Part shown: in pieces, positions 21,125 to 31,111 of the stretch
Position numbering within the stretch: position 1 is the stretch's first letter
Layout: each line of letters begins with the position of its first letter
Assembly (NCBI GenBank): GCA_963824385.1
Contig: CAWGPD010000004.1
Coordinates: 352,001 to 416,000 of the forward strand
Length of the DNA: 64,000 bases
DNA from: an uncultured Nitrososphaerota archaeon
GTDB taxonomy: Archaea; Thermoproteota; Nitrososphaeria; Nitrososphaerales; Nitrosopumilaceae
Direction: 5' to 3'
Position numbers and translations under genes: made by a program
The notes under the pieces: generated by a model
Seen by the model: only the letters and a program-made list of their open reading frames with translations
The model's database searches: none
What the model was told of the DNA's origin: nothing

Positions 21125-22604
21125 CTAATTTTCAGGAATAGGAGATTTAACAAGTTGCCGTCTAAGAGCAAATGCAAGACCTATTGATACACATGAAATA
21201 ATAGCCGCAGTAAAAAATATGAGATTATACGATTCAGCCGTAGGAAAGGAGCCAATAATTCCAGATATAGTAGTCTTGTGTGTTTGCATGTACATTCCTG
21301 CCATGGCAGGACCAACCGATGCGCCAATAATTCGAATAAGCGTACTCATTCCAAGTGATACTCCAATATCTTTTCGGGGAGTGGTCAGCATTATCACATT
21401 CATTGCACCAACATTTGTCAATGAAAGACCTGTTGATAAAATTGCAAGATTTGCTGAAACTAGAAATTCTGTAGAATGATTAGTGTAAAGGCTTACAAAT
21501 CCAATTGCACTAATTAGACTTCCCAGTAGGATAGGTTTTGTGGAACCAAGTTTTGATACAATAAAACCAGATGTAGGTCCAAAGAATCAGCAAAACAATT
21601 GCAAATGGAAGTTGTACATTACTAGTCATCAGAGGATCTTCGCCAAATCCTAGAGGTGACGGGCTTCTAACAAGTACGGGTATTGTCTGAAATACCATGA
21701 ACATGGACATACCTACAATCATAATCATTATGTTTGCGGGCAGAATTGTTTTATGTGCTAGTATTTTCATACTAACAAGTGGATATGGAGTTCTTTTTTC
21801 TATAATTGCAAATAATATCAGGTAAACAATTCCTATAGCAACAAGACCTATCACAGCAAATGAATTTGAATCATCACCATTTTCTACCATGGTCAATGCC
21901 ATCAAAAATGCACTAACAGAAACAGTCAAGGTAATTGCACCTTGAATATCTATTTTATTTCTAGAACTAGTTCCACCCTCACTGGTCTTTTCTGCATGTA
22001 AATGAGGCTCTTCCACATGTATGAAACGTGCTATAATTACAAGTAGTGCAATTGATACAGGAATTATAGAGTAAAAAGTAGATTGCCAGCCAAAAGTTTG
22101 TATCAGATGACCACCAGAAACTAGGCCAATAACTGCACCTGTTGCAAACATTGACGATATTATCCCTTGACCAATTGCCAGTTTGTTTCGTGGAAATAAT
22201 TCTCGAATTATACCAAATGCAATTGGGAACATGGACATGCCTATTCCTTGTATGATACGCACTAGAAGCATTTCATAGATATTTGTGACAAATCCTCCTA
22301 ATGATACTCCAAGTACATAAATTGCCATTATAATCAATAGAACTTTTTTTCTTCCATAGATATCAGAAAGTTTACCAGCAATAGGAGTCATGATTGCCCC
22401 AGCTATCAGATAAGTTGTTAGAATCCAGGATGACATGCCATAAGATATATGAAAATCTTTGATCAAATCAGGGATTGCTGGAATCAACATGGTTTCGGCA
22501 TACATTACCATGGTGGCAATCAAACTTAGAATTGCCAGAGTCTTCCAGGCAGTGGAAGAAATTTTTTCTGCTGGATTTCCATTATTTGATTTTGACATTG
22601 CCAT
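21125..22604 (-). CDS. MFS drug/metabolite efflux transporter (frameshift near 21585)
   Basis: Motif A GKLSDIYGRKK; the two called ORFs join after removing one base. Confidence 0.88.
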
Positions 22605-22609
22605 AAAAT

Positions 22610-23098
22610 TCAGATGTTCCTTTTGTTTGCTTTAACAGATGAAAGTGTTTTTTCCAACTCAAATGAAGTAACTAAATTTTTAGAAATTTTTCGAAGTGTA
22701 TCAAGTGTTATTTGGATATCATTTTCTGAAATATTTTTAGTCGAAGATCTTCTTATTTTTAGGGCACATTCAATCATAGACTCCCACAGCGAATCAGCTT
22801 TTGGCGTAAGATAGATCCTATTTGCTCGCCTATCAGTCAAATCAGGTTTTCTTTTTAACAGTCCTTCTTTTTCCATTTTATCAATAACTGGTACTAGTGT
22901 TGCACCTTCAATTCCCATCTTGTCAGCTATCTCTTTTTGTGTCAGTCCAGGTTGTAATACAAGAGCTCCAACTACACGCCATTGGCTAAGAGTAACCCCA
23001 ACATTTCTTCTAAGTTCAATATCAAGGGACTTTTGAAAGGATTTTGCCGTATTATTTACAACAAACCCCACACTATTTTCAAAATCATATTTTGTCAT
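22610..23098 (-). CDS. MarR/SlyA family transcriptional regulator
   Basis: TLSQWRV, LTQKEIA, DRRANRIYLT; likely ATG at 23098. Confidence 0.92.
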   Translation of the reverse strand: MTKYDFENSVGFVVNNTAKSFQKSLDIELRRNVGVTLSQWRVVGALVLQPGLTQKEIADKMGIEGATLVPVIDKMEKEGLLKRKPDLTDRRANRIYLTPKADSLWESMIECALKIRRSSTKNISENDIQITLDTLRKISKNLVTSFELEKTLSSVKANKRNI

Positions 23099-23100
23099 AC

Positions 23101-23127
23101 TTAGAGTACTAATCATTAGGACACTAA
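23101..23127. promoter_or_regulatory. Tandem TTAG-N4-CTAA palindromes, probable MarR operators
   Basis: TTAGAGTACTAA (23101-23112) and TTAGGACACTAA (23116-23127) between the marR start and a TTATAA box. Confidence 0.7.
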
Positions 23128-23190
23128 TCATTATAAACCTTCATTGAAAACCAGCGATTTGCTTATATCTTTAGCAAACTTGTACGCATC

Positions 23191-23765
23191 ATGACTAAAA
23201 AACCAGATGTAATAGGAGTAAAAGTTCTGGAACAAAACGGTGTCAATGTAAAAGAGTGCTAAAAGCTCTAATCTACAATGCATCAGTAGAGTTTACAGCC
23301 TACTATTACTTTACAAATCTAAGAGCGCATTGTGTTGGAATGGAAGGGGAAGCACTCAAAGGAGTAATTGAGGATGCAAGAATGGAAGACCTAAGCCATT
23401 TCGAGTCCTGTCTATCTAGAATTTATGAGCTTGGAGGAACATTACCCATAAACGCTCAGGATTTTATCAAGATGTCAGGCTGCGAATTTCTACAACTTCC
23501 AACAAACCCAATAGATACAAAGGCAATTTTAGAAAAATGTCTCAAGGCAGAACAGGGTGCAATTGTCAATTGGAACAAAGTGTGTCTTATGACACATGGA
23601 AAAGATCCAGCTACATACGATGTTGCAAAAGACGTTCTAAGAGAAGAGATAGAACATGAAGCATGGTTTTTGGAATTACTTTATTCAAGACCATCAGGTC
23701 ACATGAGAAGAAAATTCCCCGGAGAGAGACCTCATACCCACAAGCATTCAAGAGCTTTGGGTTGA
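23191..23765 (+). CDS. Dps-like (DPSL)/ferritin-like di-iron protein (frameshift near 23256)
   Basis: EFTAYYY, EDLSH, EIEHEAWF, PSGH motifs; upstream MTKKPDVIGVKVLEQNGVNVKE. Confidence 0.88.
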
Positions 23766-23857
23766 CAATTTTTTTAAATTTTTGTTAGTATAATTTTTTT
23801 AGATATTTGTGAAAGGTTAAGATAAATATCTACAGCCAAAATACACGATAATCATAA

Positions 23858-24355
23858 TTGATAGTAATAATTTGCGGTTTGCCAGGAGTTGGAAAAAGTA
23901 CACTTGCAAAAAATCTTGCTCCGTTGATTAATGGTACCATATTATCTTCAGATAAAATTCGAAAGGAATTATTTCCAAATCCCACGTATTCCCCATTTGA
24001 GCGAAAGCTAGTTTATGATGTAATGATAATATTAGCAAAGTATCTTAATGATGTAAGATGTAACTGCATACTTGATGCGACCTTTAACAGGGAAGATTCC
24101 AGAGTAGAAATTAAAGAAAAACTAGAACTAGATGATAAAGAATTTCAAATAGTAGAGTGTTTTTGCCCAGAAGAACTAGTCATATCACGCCTAAAATCCC
24201 GCAAAGACGACTATTCAGATGCAACTATAGAGGTATATCAAAAAATGAAAAAGATCTACGAGCCTGTAAAAGTTGAGCATATTAGTATAGACACAACACT
24301 TGACCCCCAAGAAAATTCCAATAGAATTTTAGACAAGATCAAGGAAAAACAATGA
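23858..24355 (+). CDS. P-loop kinase (AAA_33 family)
   Basis: GLPGVGKST; SDKIRKEL; ILDATF; SDAT. Confidence 0.85.
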   Translation: MIVIICGLPGVGKSTLAKNLAPLINGTILSSDKIRKELFPNPTYSPFERKLVYDVMIILAKYLNDVRCNCILDATFNREDSRVEIKEKLELDDKEFQIVECFCPEELVISRLKSRKDDYSDATIEVYQKMKKIYEPVKVEHISIDTTLDPQENSNRILDKIKEKQ

Positions 24356-24363
24356 GTGCCAAT

Positions 24364-24495
24364 CTATGGCAAGTCTTCAGAATTTGGCGCACAGTGCTTA
24401 TGAACCCATTTGCCATCAGTGGTTTTTGCAATCTCTGCACCAGATTTGATTGGCGCATTGCATTCAGAACAAGTAGTCTTGAATTTTGCTTTCAT
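24364..24495 (-). CDS. 43-aa Zn-binding microprotein (not in ORF track)
   Basis: MKAKFKTTCSECNAPIKSGAEIAKTTDGKWVHKHC. Confidence 0.7.
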   Translation of the reverse strand: MKAKFKTTCSECNAPIKSGAEIAKTTDGKWVHKHCAPNSEDLP

Positions 24496-24588
24496 GTAAT
24501 TACCACATAAGACAGATAGATAAACTATCAAAAATGTAACTAGTCAACCTTAAATTACCTTAATTTGGTTTTTCAATCAGACTAGTAC

Positions 24589-24939
24589 ATGGTAAAACCA
24601 ATATTTTATGGTGCAATTGGAGGAGGAGTAGCAGCTGCCATTGCAGTCATTGTTCTAGTTGTATTCATGTCACCAACTCAACAATATGCATTATCAGTTG
24701 ACCCAAGAACAGAGATGGTCATGGGCGTTGGAAACGTGGTACGTGTATACGTACAAAATACAGGTTCATCGCCACTAACTAATGTCAAGGTAGACTATGG
24801 AACCACTTCTGAACCAGTGTTACCAGTTTTAAGCCCAGGCGAAAAAGAAATGTTTTCACCACCAGCAGGTACAAAGATGGTTACAGTGACCAATGATCAA
24901 AACGTCACCGTAATGAAACCAATCTCAGATTCAATGTAA
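24589..24939 (+). CDS. Membrane-anchored hypothetical protein (small Ig-like domain)
   Basis: N-terminal TM; VQNTG..PLTNV motif. Confidence 0.7.
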   Translation: MVKPIFYGAIGGGVAAAIAVIVLVVFMSPTQQYALSVDPRTEMVMGVGNVVRVYVQNTGSSPLTNVKVDYGTTSEPVLPVLSPGEKEMFSPPAGTKMVTVTNDQNVTVMKPISDSM

Positions 24940-25284
24940 TACAATTACATCAAAAATTTATTTCATTTCTGATATAATATAATCAAAAAGAATTGCATTT
25001 GAGGAAACTATGCTAAAGGCATGCCAAAATATTTAGCGTATAGATACACTAGGATTTGGTTTTGTTTATGGTAACCTTTTGGTATTCTTCTGGGTTTTCC
25101 TCTTTTAGTCTTTGGAAATAGACCTCTTCGTATGGCATTTCAGCAAGTTTTGCTAAATTTCTATTTAAATAAAAGATGCACAAATTTTGTTAGACTGGGT
25201 CAAATTTTTCACAACAAGCATGAATTACGAGGCATTCACATAGAATAACTGATTTTTAATAGGCATTTCCTACAAATCTAAGAA

Positions 25285-25545
25285 ATGACAGACCAGTCAG
25301 TAATTAAAAAAATCAAGGACAAGATAGACAAGGACGAGCGCAACCTAAGAAAATCCATTACAGAGATAGAGAGAATTTGGGAAGATACAGGCCTTGAGCC
25401 AAAGGATCCGACGTATCTTGTGGAGAAAACAATGAGATTTGAGATGGCACAAGAGAACATAACCAAAGTGTTTTTGGCATTCAATGAAATAATCAACGAG
25501 TACAAGAAACTCTGTTCAGAGTTAGAAAAACATAATGATGAATAA
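25285..25545 (+). CDS. Hypothetical helical protein
   Basis: 86-aa ORF with ATG start and natural composition. Confidence 0.6.
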   Translation: MTDQSVIKKIKDKIDKDERNLRKSITEIERIWEDTGLEPKDPTYLVEKTMRFEMAQENITKVFLAFNEIINEYKKLCSELEKHNDE

Positions 25546-25564
25546 TATTTTCAAACTGAATATT

Positions 25565-26413
25565 TTAGTCCATGGTCGCGATAGCTTGGGCAACATCAGT
25601 TTTACTAATTATGCCAACAAGAGTATTTCTGGCAGATAGTACTCCAACACCGTGGATTTTTTTATCTAGCATCATCTTACAGACTTTTGCCAGATCATCA
25701 TCATAGTTTACTGAAATTATTTTATCAGTCATCATATCCCTGGCCTTGGTAATCTTTCCAAAACCTGATTCAGAAGCAAATCCTTTCCTAAAAACAGTTA
25801 CAGAAAGATTAGGCGTTTGTTCTTTTATGATTTTTTTATTTCCAGATAAAAGTGCTGTTTTGAAGAGATCTTTGAAAGACAGTATTCCTACGGGTTCTTC
25901 ATTTTCATCTCTAAGAATTATACGTGAAATTTTCTTTAGAATCATTTTAGATAATACTTTATAGAGAGGATCATCGGCATATGCCCATACATATACAGAC
26001 GTCATAAATTCTCCAACTGTTTTTTTATCTACATAATTTTCTGCATAAAACTTTGTCAAATCTGTCTTTGTAAGCACTCCTTGAACTTTATCACCAGTAC
26101 TTATTGCAAGAGAGCTTATCTTTTCATCAAGCATCATAGTTGCACATTGCTTGATTGAAGTGTTTGGGCTTGCCATGATCAGACCTTTCATAATTTCCTC
26201 AAGCGGGATTTCATCCATAGTTCGTTCAGTCTTGTCTTCTAAAAGGAACAAAGCCAAGTCTTTTTCAGATACGATTCCAAGCGGATTTCCATTACGAGAT
26301 ACAATTATTCTGCTAATTTTATGATCTAGTAGTTTTTTTACGACGTCAGATATTTTGGAGTCTCTTTCAATGGCTATTGGGACGTTCATCAGATCCTTTG
26401 CTAGTTCCATCAA
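25565..26413 (-). CDS. Four-CBS-domain protein
   Basis: Repeated KISR/GIVS, GVLTKTD, GIISKTD. Confidence 0.9.
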   Translation of the reverse strand: MMELAKDLMNVPIAIERDSKISDVVKKLLDHKISRIIVSRNGNPLGIVSEKDLALFLLEDKTERTMDEIPLEEIMKGLIMASPNTSIKQCATMMLDEKISSLAISTGDKVQGVLTKTDLTKFYAENYVDKKTVGEFMTSVYVWAYADDPLYKVLSKMILKKISRIILRDENEEPVGILSFKDLFKTALLSGNKKIIKEQTPNLSVTVFRKGFASESGFGKITKARDMMTDKIISVNYDDDLAKVCKMMLDKKIHGVGVLSARNTLVGIISKTDVAQAIATMD

Positions 26414-26478
26414 TCATAACGATATAATATGTAAATAAAAGTCTCATGTAAGATATCAGGTTTGAATACAAATTAAGT

Positions 26479-26658
26479 TTAGGATATTTGAATATCTTTG
26501 TTGGTTAGGTCACGGACTTTTTCATTAACTTGGATGATTGCAGTATATAATTGAAATAACAATTCATTACTTGGATGCGTTGCTTCCAAAAGCTTACGGT
26601 CTATACCATATTCTTCAATTTTTTCCCACATGTCATCAAGCGATAATTCAGAATTCAA
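26479..26658 (-). CDS. 59-aa hypothetical protein (not in ORF track)
   Basis: TTG start preceded by GGGGAG; NSELSLDDMWEKIEEYGIDRKLLE... Confidence 0.5.
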   Translation of the reverse strand: MNSELSLDDMWEKIEEYGIDRKLLEATHPSNELLFQLYTAIIQVNEKVRDLTNKDIQIS

Positions 26659-26846
26659 ATACTCCCCGTTGATTTGATTAATTCATATTTTTTAAAACTT
26701 TCTATAAATAAAATAGACACATTGGATCAATCAAGAGAAAGAAAAATACTAGTTTTCAAGACATGGAAAATAATTTATTTTAAAATATCAGATCGCTTGT
26801 AACAATATTTCATATTAATTTTAAATTTTTAAATGGTTTTTCTTGT

Positions 26847-27272
26847 TTATTTTACTATCAATACTGGAATCTTTGATTTATGAAGTACGGCATGTGACAC
26901 ACTGCCAAGAAAGGCTTCTTTTATGCCACCAAGACCTCTGGCTCCTATTACTATCATATCAAATTTGTTTTTTGCAGCAAAATTAACTATCTCAGTTGAT
27001 TCCTTTCCAATTATGACTTTGCCAACAAAGACTATACCGTTTTGGGCACAGCGTATTTTTGCATGCTCCATAAACTCCTTGGCAGCCTTTGCAAGGTATT
27101 TTTTATCATATATTATTGGCGTAAATGACTGTGGATAGACTGGCATGACAAAAAGTCCTGTAAGTATAGCTCCACACTGTCTTGCAAGATAAATCGCAGT
27201 ATCTAGTCCTCTAAGCGAGTTCTTTGAGTTATCTATTGGAACTAGGATCTTTTTGATTTGGGATTTTGCCAC
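26847..27272 (-). CDS. Universal stress protein
   Basis: KKILVPID; IVIGARG; FLGSVSHAVLH; PVLIVK. Confidence 0.93.
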   Translation of the reverse strand: MAKSQIKKILVPIDNSKNSLRGLDTAIYLARQCGAILTGLFVMPVYPQSFTPIIYDKKYLAKAAKEFMEHAKIRCAQNGIVFVGKVIIGKESTEIVNFAAKNKFDMIVIGARGLGGIKEAFLGSVSHAVLHKSKIPVLIVK

Positions 27273-27334
27273 TGTTGTGAGTATATTTTAGGATTATAAA
27301 AGTAGACAGGCTTCGGGGGAACAGCAACTAACTT

Positions 27335-27362
27335 GGGCTAGTTTGGGCCCACTGTGCTTAAA
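27335..27362 (-). repeat. Dispersed intergenic repeat, copy 1
   Basis: GGGCTAGTTTGGGCCCACTGTGCTTAAA, similar to copies at 28.25, 34.14 and 35.69 kb. Confidence 0.7.
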
Positions 27363-27424
27363 TTTGATACAAAATGTGCAGTAAGATAATTCTGAGTAGC
27401 TACAAAACTCCTTTCCCTGATTTT

Positions 27425-27796
27425 TCATTTTGATCCAAGTACTCTTTTAACTACATTTGTGACAATTGATTCAGAGAACGGCTTGATGACAAAATCTTTT
27501 GCGCCCAGTCTAACTGCTGGATTCATCATGTACTTTTGTTCGATTCCTGAAATCATTATTATTTTAGCATTTAGATCAAATCTTAGTATGGAGTGAAGTG
27601 CCTCCATGCCATCTACTTTAGGCATATTTACATCTAAGAAGATAAGATCAGGCCTGAATTTTTTATATGTCTGTATTGCTTCTTCACCATTTTCTGCCTC
27701 GTATATTTCGGAGACAAGTGCATGTTTTGATAAAATATCCTTCAAGCCAACTCGAACAAATTGCGCATCATCTGCTACAAGTATTCTACAGGTCAT
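27425..27796 (-). CDS. CheY-like single-domain response regulator
   Basis: ILVADD; FLDVNMP; KPF. Confidence 0.92.
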   Translation of the reverse strand: MTCRILVADDAQFVRVGLKDILSKHALVSEIYEAENGEEAIQTYKKFRPDLIFLDVNMPKVDGMEALHSILRFDLNAKIIMISGIEQKYMMNPAVRLGAKDFVIKPFSESIVTNVVKRVLGSK

Positions 27797-28089
27797 AGCA
27801 AACTTGTCATAAATTTACAAAACTCTGATTTGAAATCAGTTATCTCCAATACCTCCAATGTCCCCAATTCAGAAGTAATATCCTCTAAAATAGAATGGTA
27901 GTCTTGTCTATACACTTCTTTTAACACCGCTCGCAAATATTCTAGACGGTTAATACAATCCTCAATATCACAGTTGTAAAGCGAATGAAGTTTTGCAAGA
28001 ACCAAATTATAATTGGCATTTCCATGCCTCATCAATGCCACTTCAATACAGGTTACTGCGGCTGTCCTATTTCTTCCTGCTAAGAACAT
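27793..28089 (-). CDS. Stand-alone thaumarchaeal output domain (NitrOD5-like)
   Basis: IEVALM...KLHSLYNCDIEDC...EYLRAVLKEVY...ILEDI pattern; overlaps the REC gene. Confidence 0.65.
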   Translation of the reverse strand: MFLAGRNRTAAVTCIEVALMRHGNANYNLVLAKLHSLYNCDIEDCINRLEYLRAVLKEVYRQDYHSILEDITSELGTLEVLEITDFKSEFCKFMTSLL

Positions 28090-28220
28090 GAGTGATTATG
28101 TAGTTTTTCATTATTAGTTATTTTCAACTATTTCCAACTAGGAAAATTAGTAATTCATCAAATTTTTAAAAATAATCATACATAACTCCGAGTCCTGTAA
28201 GAATCAGTCTAACAGATAAA

Positions 28221-28284
28221 GTGAGCCTGGGTGGATTTGTGTACCAACATGGGGGCTTAGTTTGGACCCACTTTGTGCCTAAAA
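28221..28284 (-). repeat. Dispersed intergenic repeat, copy 2 (longest; imperfect inverted ends)
   Basis: GTGAGCCTGGGTGGATTTGTGTACCAACATGGGGGCTTAGTTTGGACCCACTTTGTG. Confidence 0.75.
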
Positions 28285-28289
28285 TAGAA

Positions 28290-28715
28290 TCAGTTGAAGA
28301 ATTTAATTTCGTCAGTATTTTCATCTGATTCAAGATTATTTACAATTTTTACAAGGTCATTAATTTCAAATGGTTTGTAGATTACTGCCGTTGCTTTGAG
28401 ATCCTCTATTCGCTTTGCCATATTCTCAGAAATATCTGAAGTAATCATTATCACAATAGAGTTCGGGTCAATTTCTCTAATCTGCCTGAGTGCATATAGC
28501 CCATCAACATTTGGCATGACAACATCCAAAATTGTAATATCGGGCTTTAGCTTCTGAAATAATTCAATAGCATCCATACCGTTACTGCCCGTTCCAATCA
28601 CTTTGAAATCTTTCATCTCCAAGAGTTCAACAAAAAGTGATAGAATGTCATCATTATCATCAACTACAATGACAGTTTTTTGACCTCGTTTCTTTTCCAC
28701 AATTAGTTTAGTCAT
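28290..28715 (-). CDS. Single-domain response regulator
   Basis: VIVVDD; ILDVVMP; KPF. Confidence 0.92.
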   Translation of the reverse strand: MTKLIVEKKRGQKTVIVVDDNDDILSLFVELLEMKDFKVIGTGSNGMDAIELFQKLKPDITILDVVMPNVDGLYALRQIREIDPNSIVIMITSDISENMAKRIEDLKATAVIYKPFEINDLVKIVNNLESDENTDEIKFFN

Positions 28716-28724
28716 ATTCTCTAT

Positions 28725-28810
28725 TTAAGGTGTTTTTTGAATAATGTTTCCCAATAAAAGAGAATACGTATAATAGTAGTTAGTTGATTAAACGGTAAAA
28801 AACACCTTAA
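28725..28810. repeat. Perfect 14-bp inverted repeat pair in a divergent promoter region
   Basis: TTAAGGTGTTTTTT (28725-28738) and AAAAAACACCTTAA (28797-28810). Confidence 0.75.
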
Positions 28811-28878
28811 TTGGTAAAATATTACCAATATTTTCCAAAAATGATATATTTGGCAATTTTATTCTTAAATTAAAAGTC

Positions 28879-29841
28879 ATGAAGACAACCACTGTAAAAA
28901 ATGGCGTAGATTCAGGTACTATAGATGAGTCAGATGGACTTGCTTTAAAAGACAATTCTAAACTTTTGGCTCAACTAACCGAGATATTATCAGCATTATC
29001 AAAAAATGATGCTTTAACAATTTTCCTCATGTCCGAAGAAGGAATAAGATCAGAGTTGGATACACCATCAAAAATAGGTCTTACAGTAAAACAATACTAT
29101 ACCAGACTAAAACAGTTGGTAGATTTGGGGCTAATTGCAAAGCATAATGAATCCTACACCCAAACTGCATTTGGAAAAGTTGTTTATCAAAAACACATTT
29201 TGGGACTAACAAACAATATCAAAAATTCAAAATTCTTGCAAATGGTTGATGCTCTAAGAGCCAATCCAAAGTTTAATGATAAAGACATTACAGAATTTAT
29301 TTCAAAAGTTGAACCAGAAATTAATCTCGATTTACAAGAATCCTTCAAGAAAAATTCTAGCGTCGTATTATCATATGAAGACATGGTTAGAAAAATTTTG
29401 GAGATGACAGAATTTGCTCAAAATGAAATACTTCTCATAACTAGATTTCAAAATGATCTTATAGTTAACTCCATTTTGAAAAAAGCAAGTGCTGGAGTCA
29501 ATGTTAAAGTTCTCGCAGATACAAATCTTGTAGAAAACTATTTTGAAAAAGAGACATCAATAAAGTCAGACAAGAATAAGAATGAGCGCGAGAATGTAGT
29601 TGCCAATCCATATTATCCTTCAAAAATAGATAGAAGATATGTACAAGTTCCTTTCTGTGTTCTAGTGGTAGATAACAGATATGTTGGATTGGAGATTGTT
29701 GATCTAAGTGAAACAAAAAAATTCAAAATGGCTATTTTTACAGAAGATAAAATTATTGCATCATACATGATACCTCTTTTTAACAATTTGTGGGAAAAAT
29801 CACACAAAAACCACCCTAAAATAGTCACAAAATCAGCATAA
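28879..29841 (+). CDS. Transcriptional regulator (N-terminal wHTH, C-terminal TrmB/PLD-like domain)
   Basis: GLTVKQYYTRLKQLVDLGLI...TAFG; AQNEIL, GVNVKVL, VVD, FNNLWEKS. Confidence 0.7.
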   Translation: MKTTTVKNGVDSGTIDESDGLALKDNSKLLAQLTEILSALSKNDALTIFLMSEEGIRSELDTPSKIGLTVKQYYTRLKQLVDLGLIAKHNESYTQTAFGKVVYQKHILGLTNNIKNSKFLQMVDALRANPKFNDKDITEFISKVEPEINLDLQESFKKNSSVVLSYEDMVRKILEMTEFAQNEILLITRFQNDLIVNSILKKASAGVNVKVLADTNLVENYFEKETSIKSDKNKNERENVVANPYYPSKIDRRYVQVPFCVLVVDNRYVGLEIVDLSETKKFKMAIFTEDKIIASYMIPLFNNLWEKSHKNHPKIVTKSA

Positions 29842-29843
29842 TA

Positions 29844-30772
29844 TCAAGAGTAAGCATGTAAGAATTGATTTAAAATCAAACCTACAAATATTGAAACCTG
29901 AATGGCAAATATGCTATTTCTTACTACAGTTCTAGTTTTATTCATTTTCTTCTTATCATCATAATTTCCATACAATTTAATAATTTTTAAAACAAGATAA
30001 ACACAAACTGCCAACCCAAGGGCCGCTCCCACTATATTCACTCCAAGAAAAAAATAACTCGTTACAATCATTGCAGCTATTGAAACTATTGAGGTAATAA
30101 TCACCATAAAGCTTTTCTTACTCCTATAACAATAGGGATTGTTCTCCTACCACCAATTGTATCTCCTTTTAAATCACGAATATCATTAAGAGGGCCATTT
30201 ATGAAATAGATTAGGAATACTATGAATGAAGAAAATACTGCCAGATATGACACATTATGAATTGCAAGAGACCCCATCATAGATGCAATAAACCCTCCCA
30301 AAGATGTAACAATTGTTTTTATTACAAATAGGTTCTTCAGATGTATTTTGGGATGAGAGTAGGCAACAGCTAATCCAAAAAAAACAAGTGCTCCTAGTCC
30401 CGTTGGTACGTTAATTGAGAATGCAAGTAAGATTGAAACCGCAAAAAAACCAATCGTAGAATACAGTATTTGCTGATAATGAGTTCTTTTCGAATTGACA
30501 GTATCTCTATTATTTACTTTATCTACATCATAATCTGTAAGATCGTTGTAAAGATAGGTAGCAAGGGCAAGAAAGTACACGGATGTTACAAGTCGCCCAA
30601 GCACTAGAAAATCCGGAATTTTTAACCCAGATGCGATAAAAAATGTACCAAGTGCAGCTAAAGCAAAACCATAGACGATGATTCTGGATTTTATCAAAGA
30701 TATGAGCATGGAACATTGTTCGTTGATTTTTTTTCCAAAATTGGATACTGGTAGTCTTTGTGCTAGAGCCAT
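29844..30772 (-). CDS. UbiA family prenyltransferase (frameshift near 30105)
   Basis: NDLTDYDVDKVN and NDIRDLKGD Asp-rich motifs; GRRTIP; multiple TMs. Confidence 0.88.
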
Positions 30773-31111
30773 CGTATCCCACTATTTAATTCCCATTTTA
30801 GAGTAAAATATTGATACATATTCTCCATATCTGGATAATTATACCACGTGATTATAACTTTTTGGATATTTCATAAGAAAATATGAAATAATTCATCTTA
30901 ATTATCATTTTTTATGTAAATTTTCATAAATACTGATTTTATGTCACCTAATACCGTAGAGTCGCTTTGATTCAACAAATTATGACAGAACATAACTCAG
31001 ATAGTAACTATAGTGAAATATTCTTGAAAAATCAATTTAGGGTTTTTAAGAAATTCCAATAAAGCCAATTTTCCCCAAACACTAAAATTCATTCTTTTAA
31101 CAATTTACTGA

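Noticed and set aside
24940..25280. Possible small gene remnant (MPYEEVYFQRLKEENPEEY...) on the minus strand
   Set aside because: Only ~29 codons with no recognisable motif; cannot be supported
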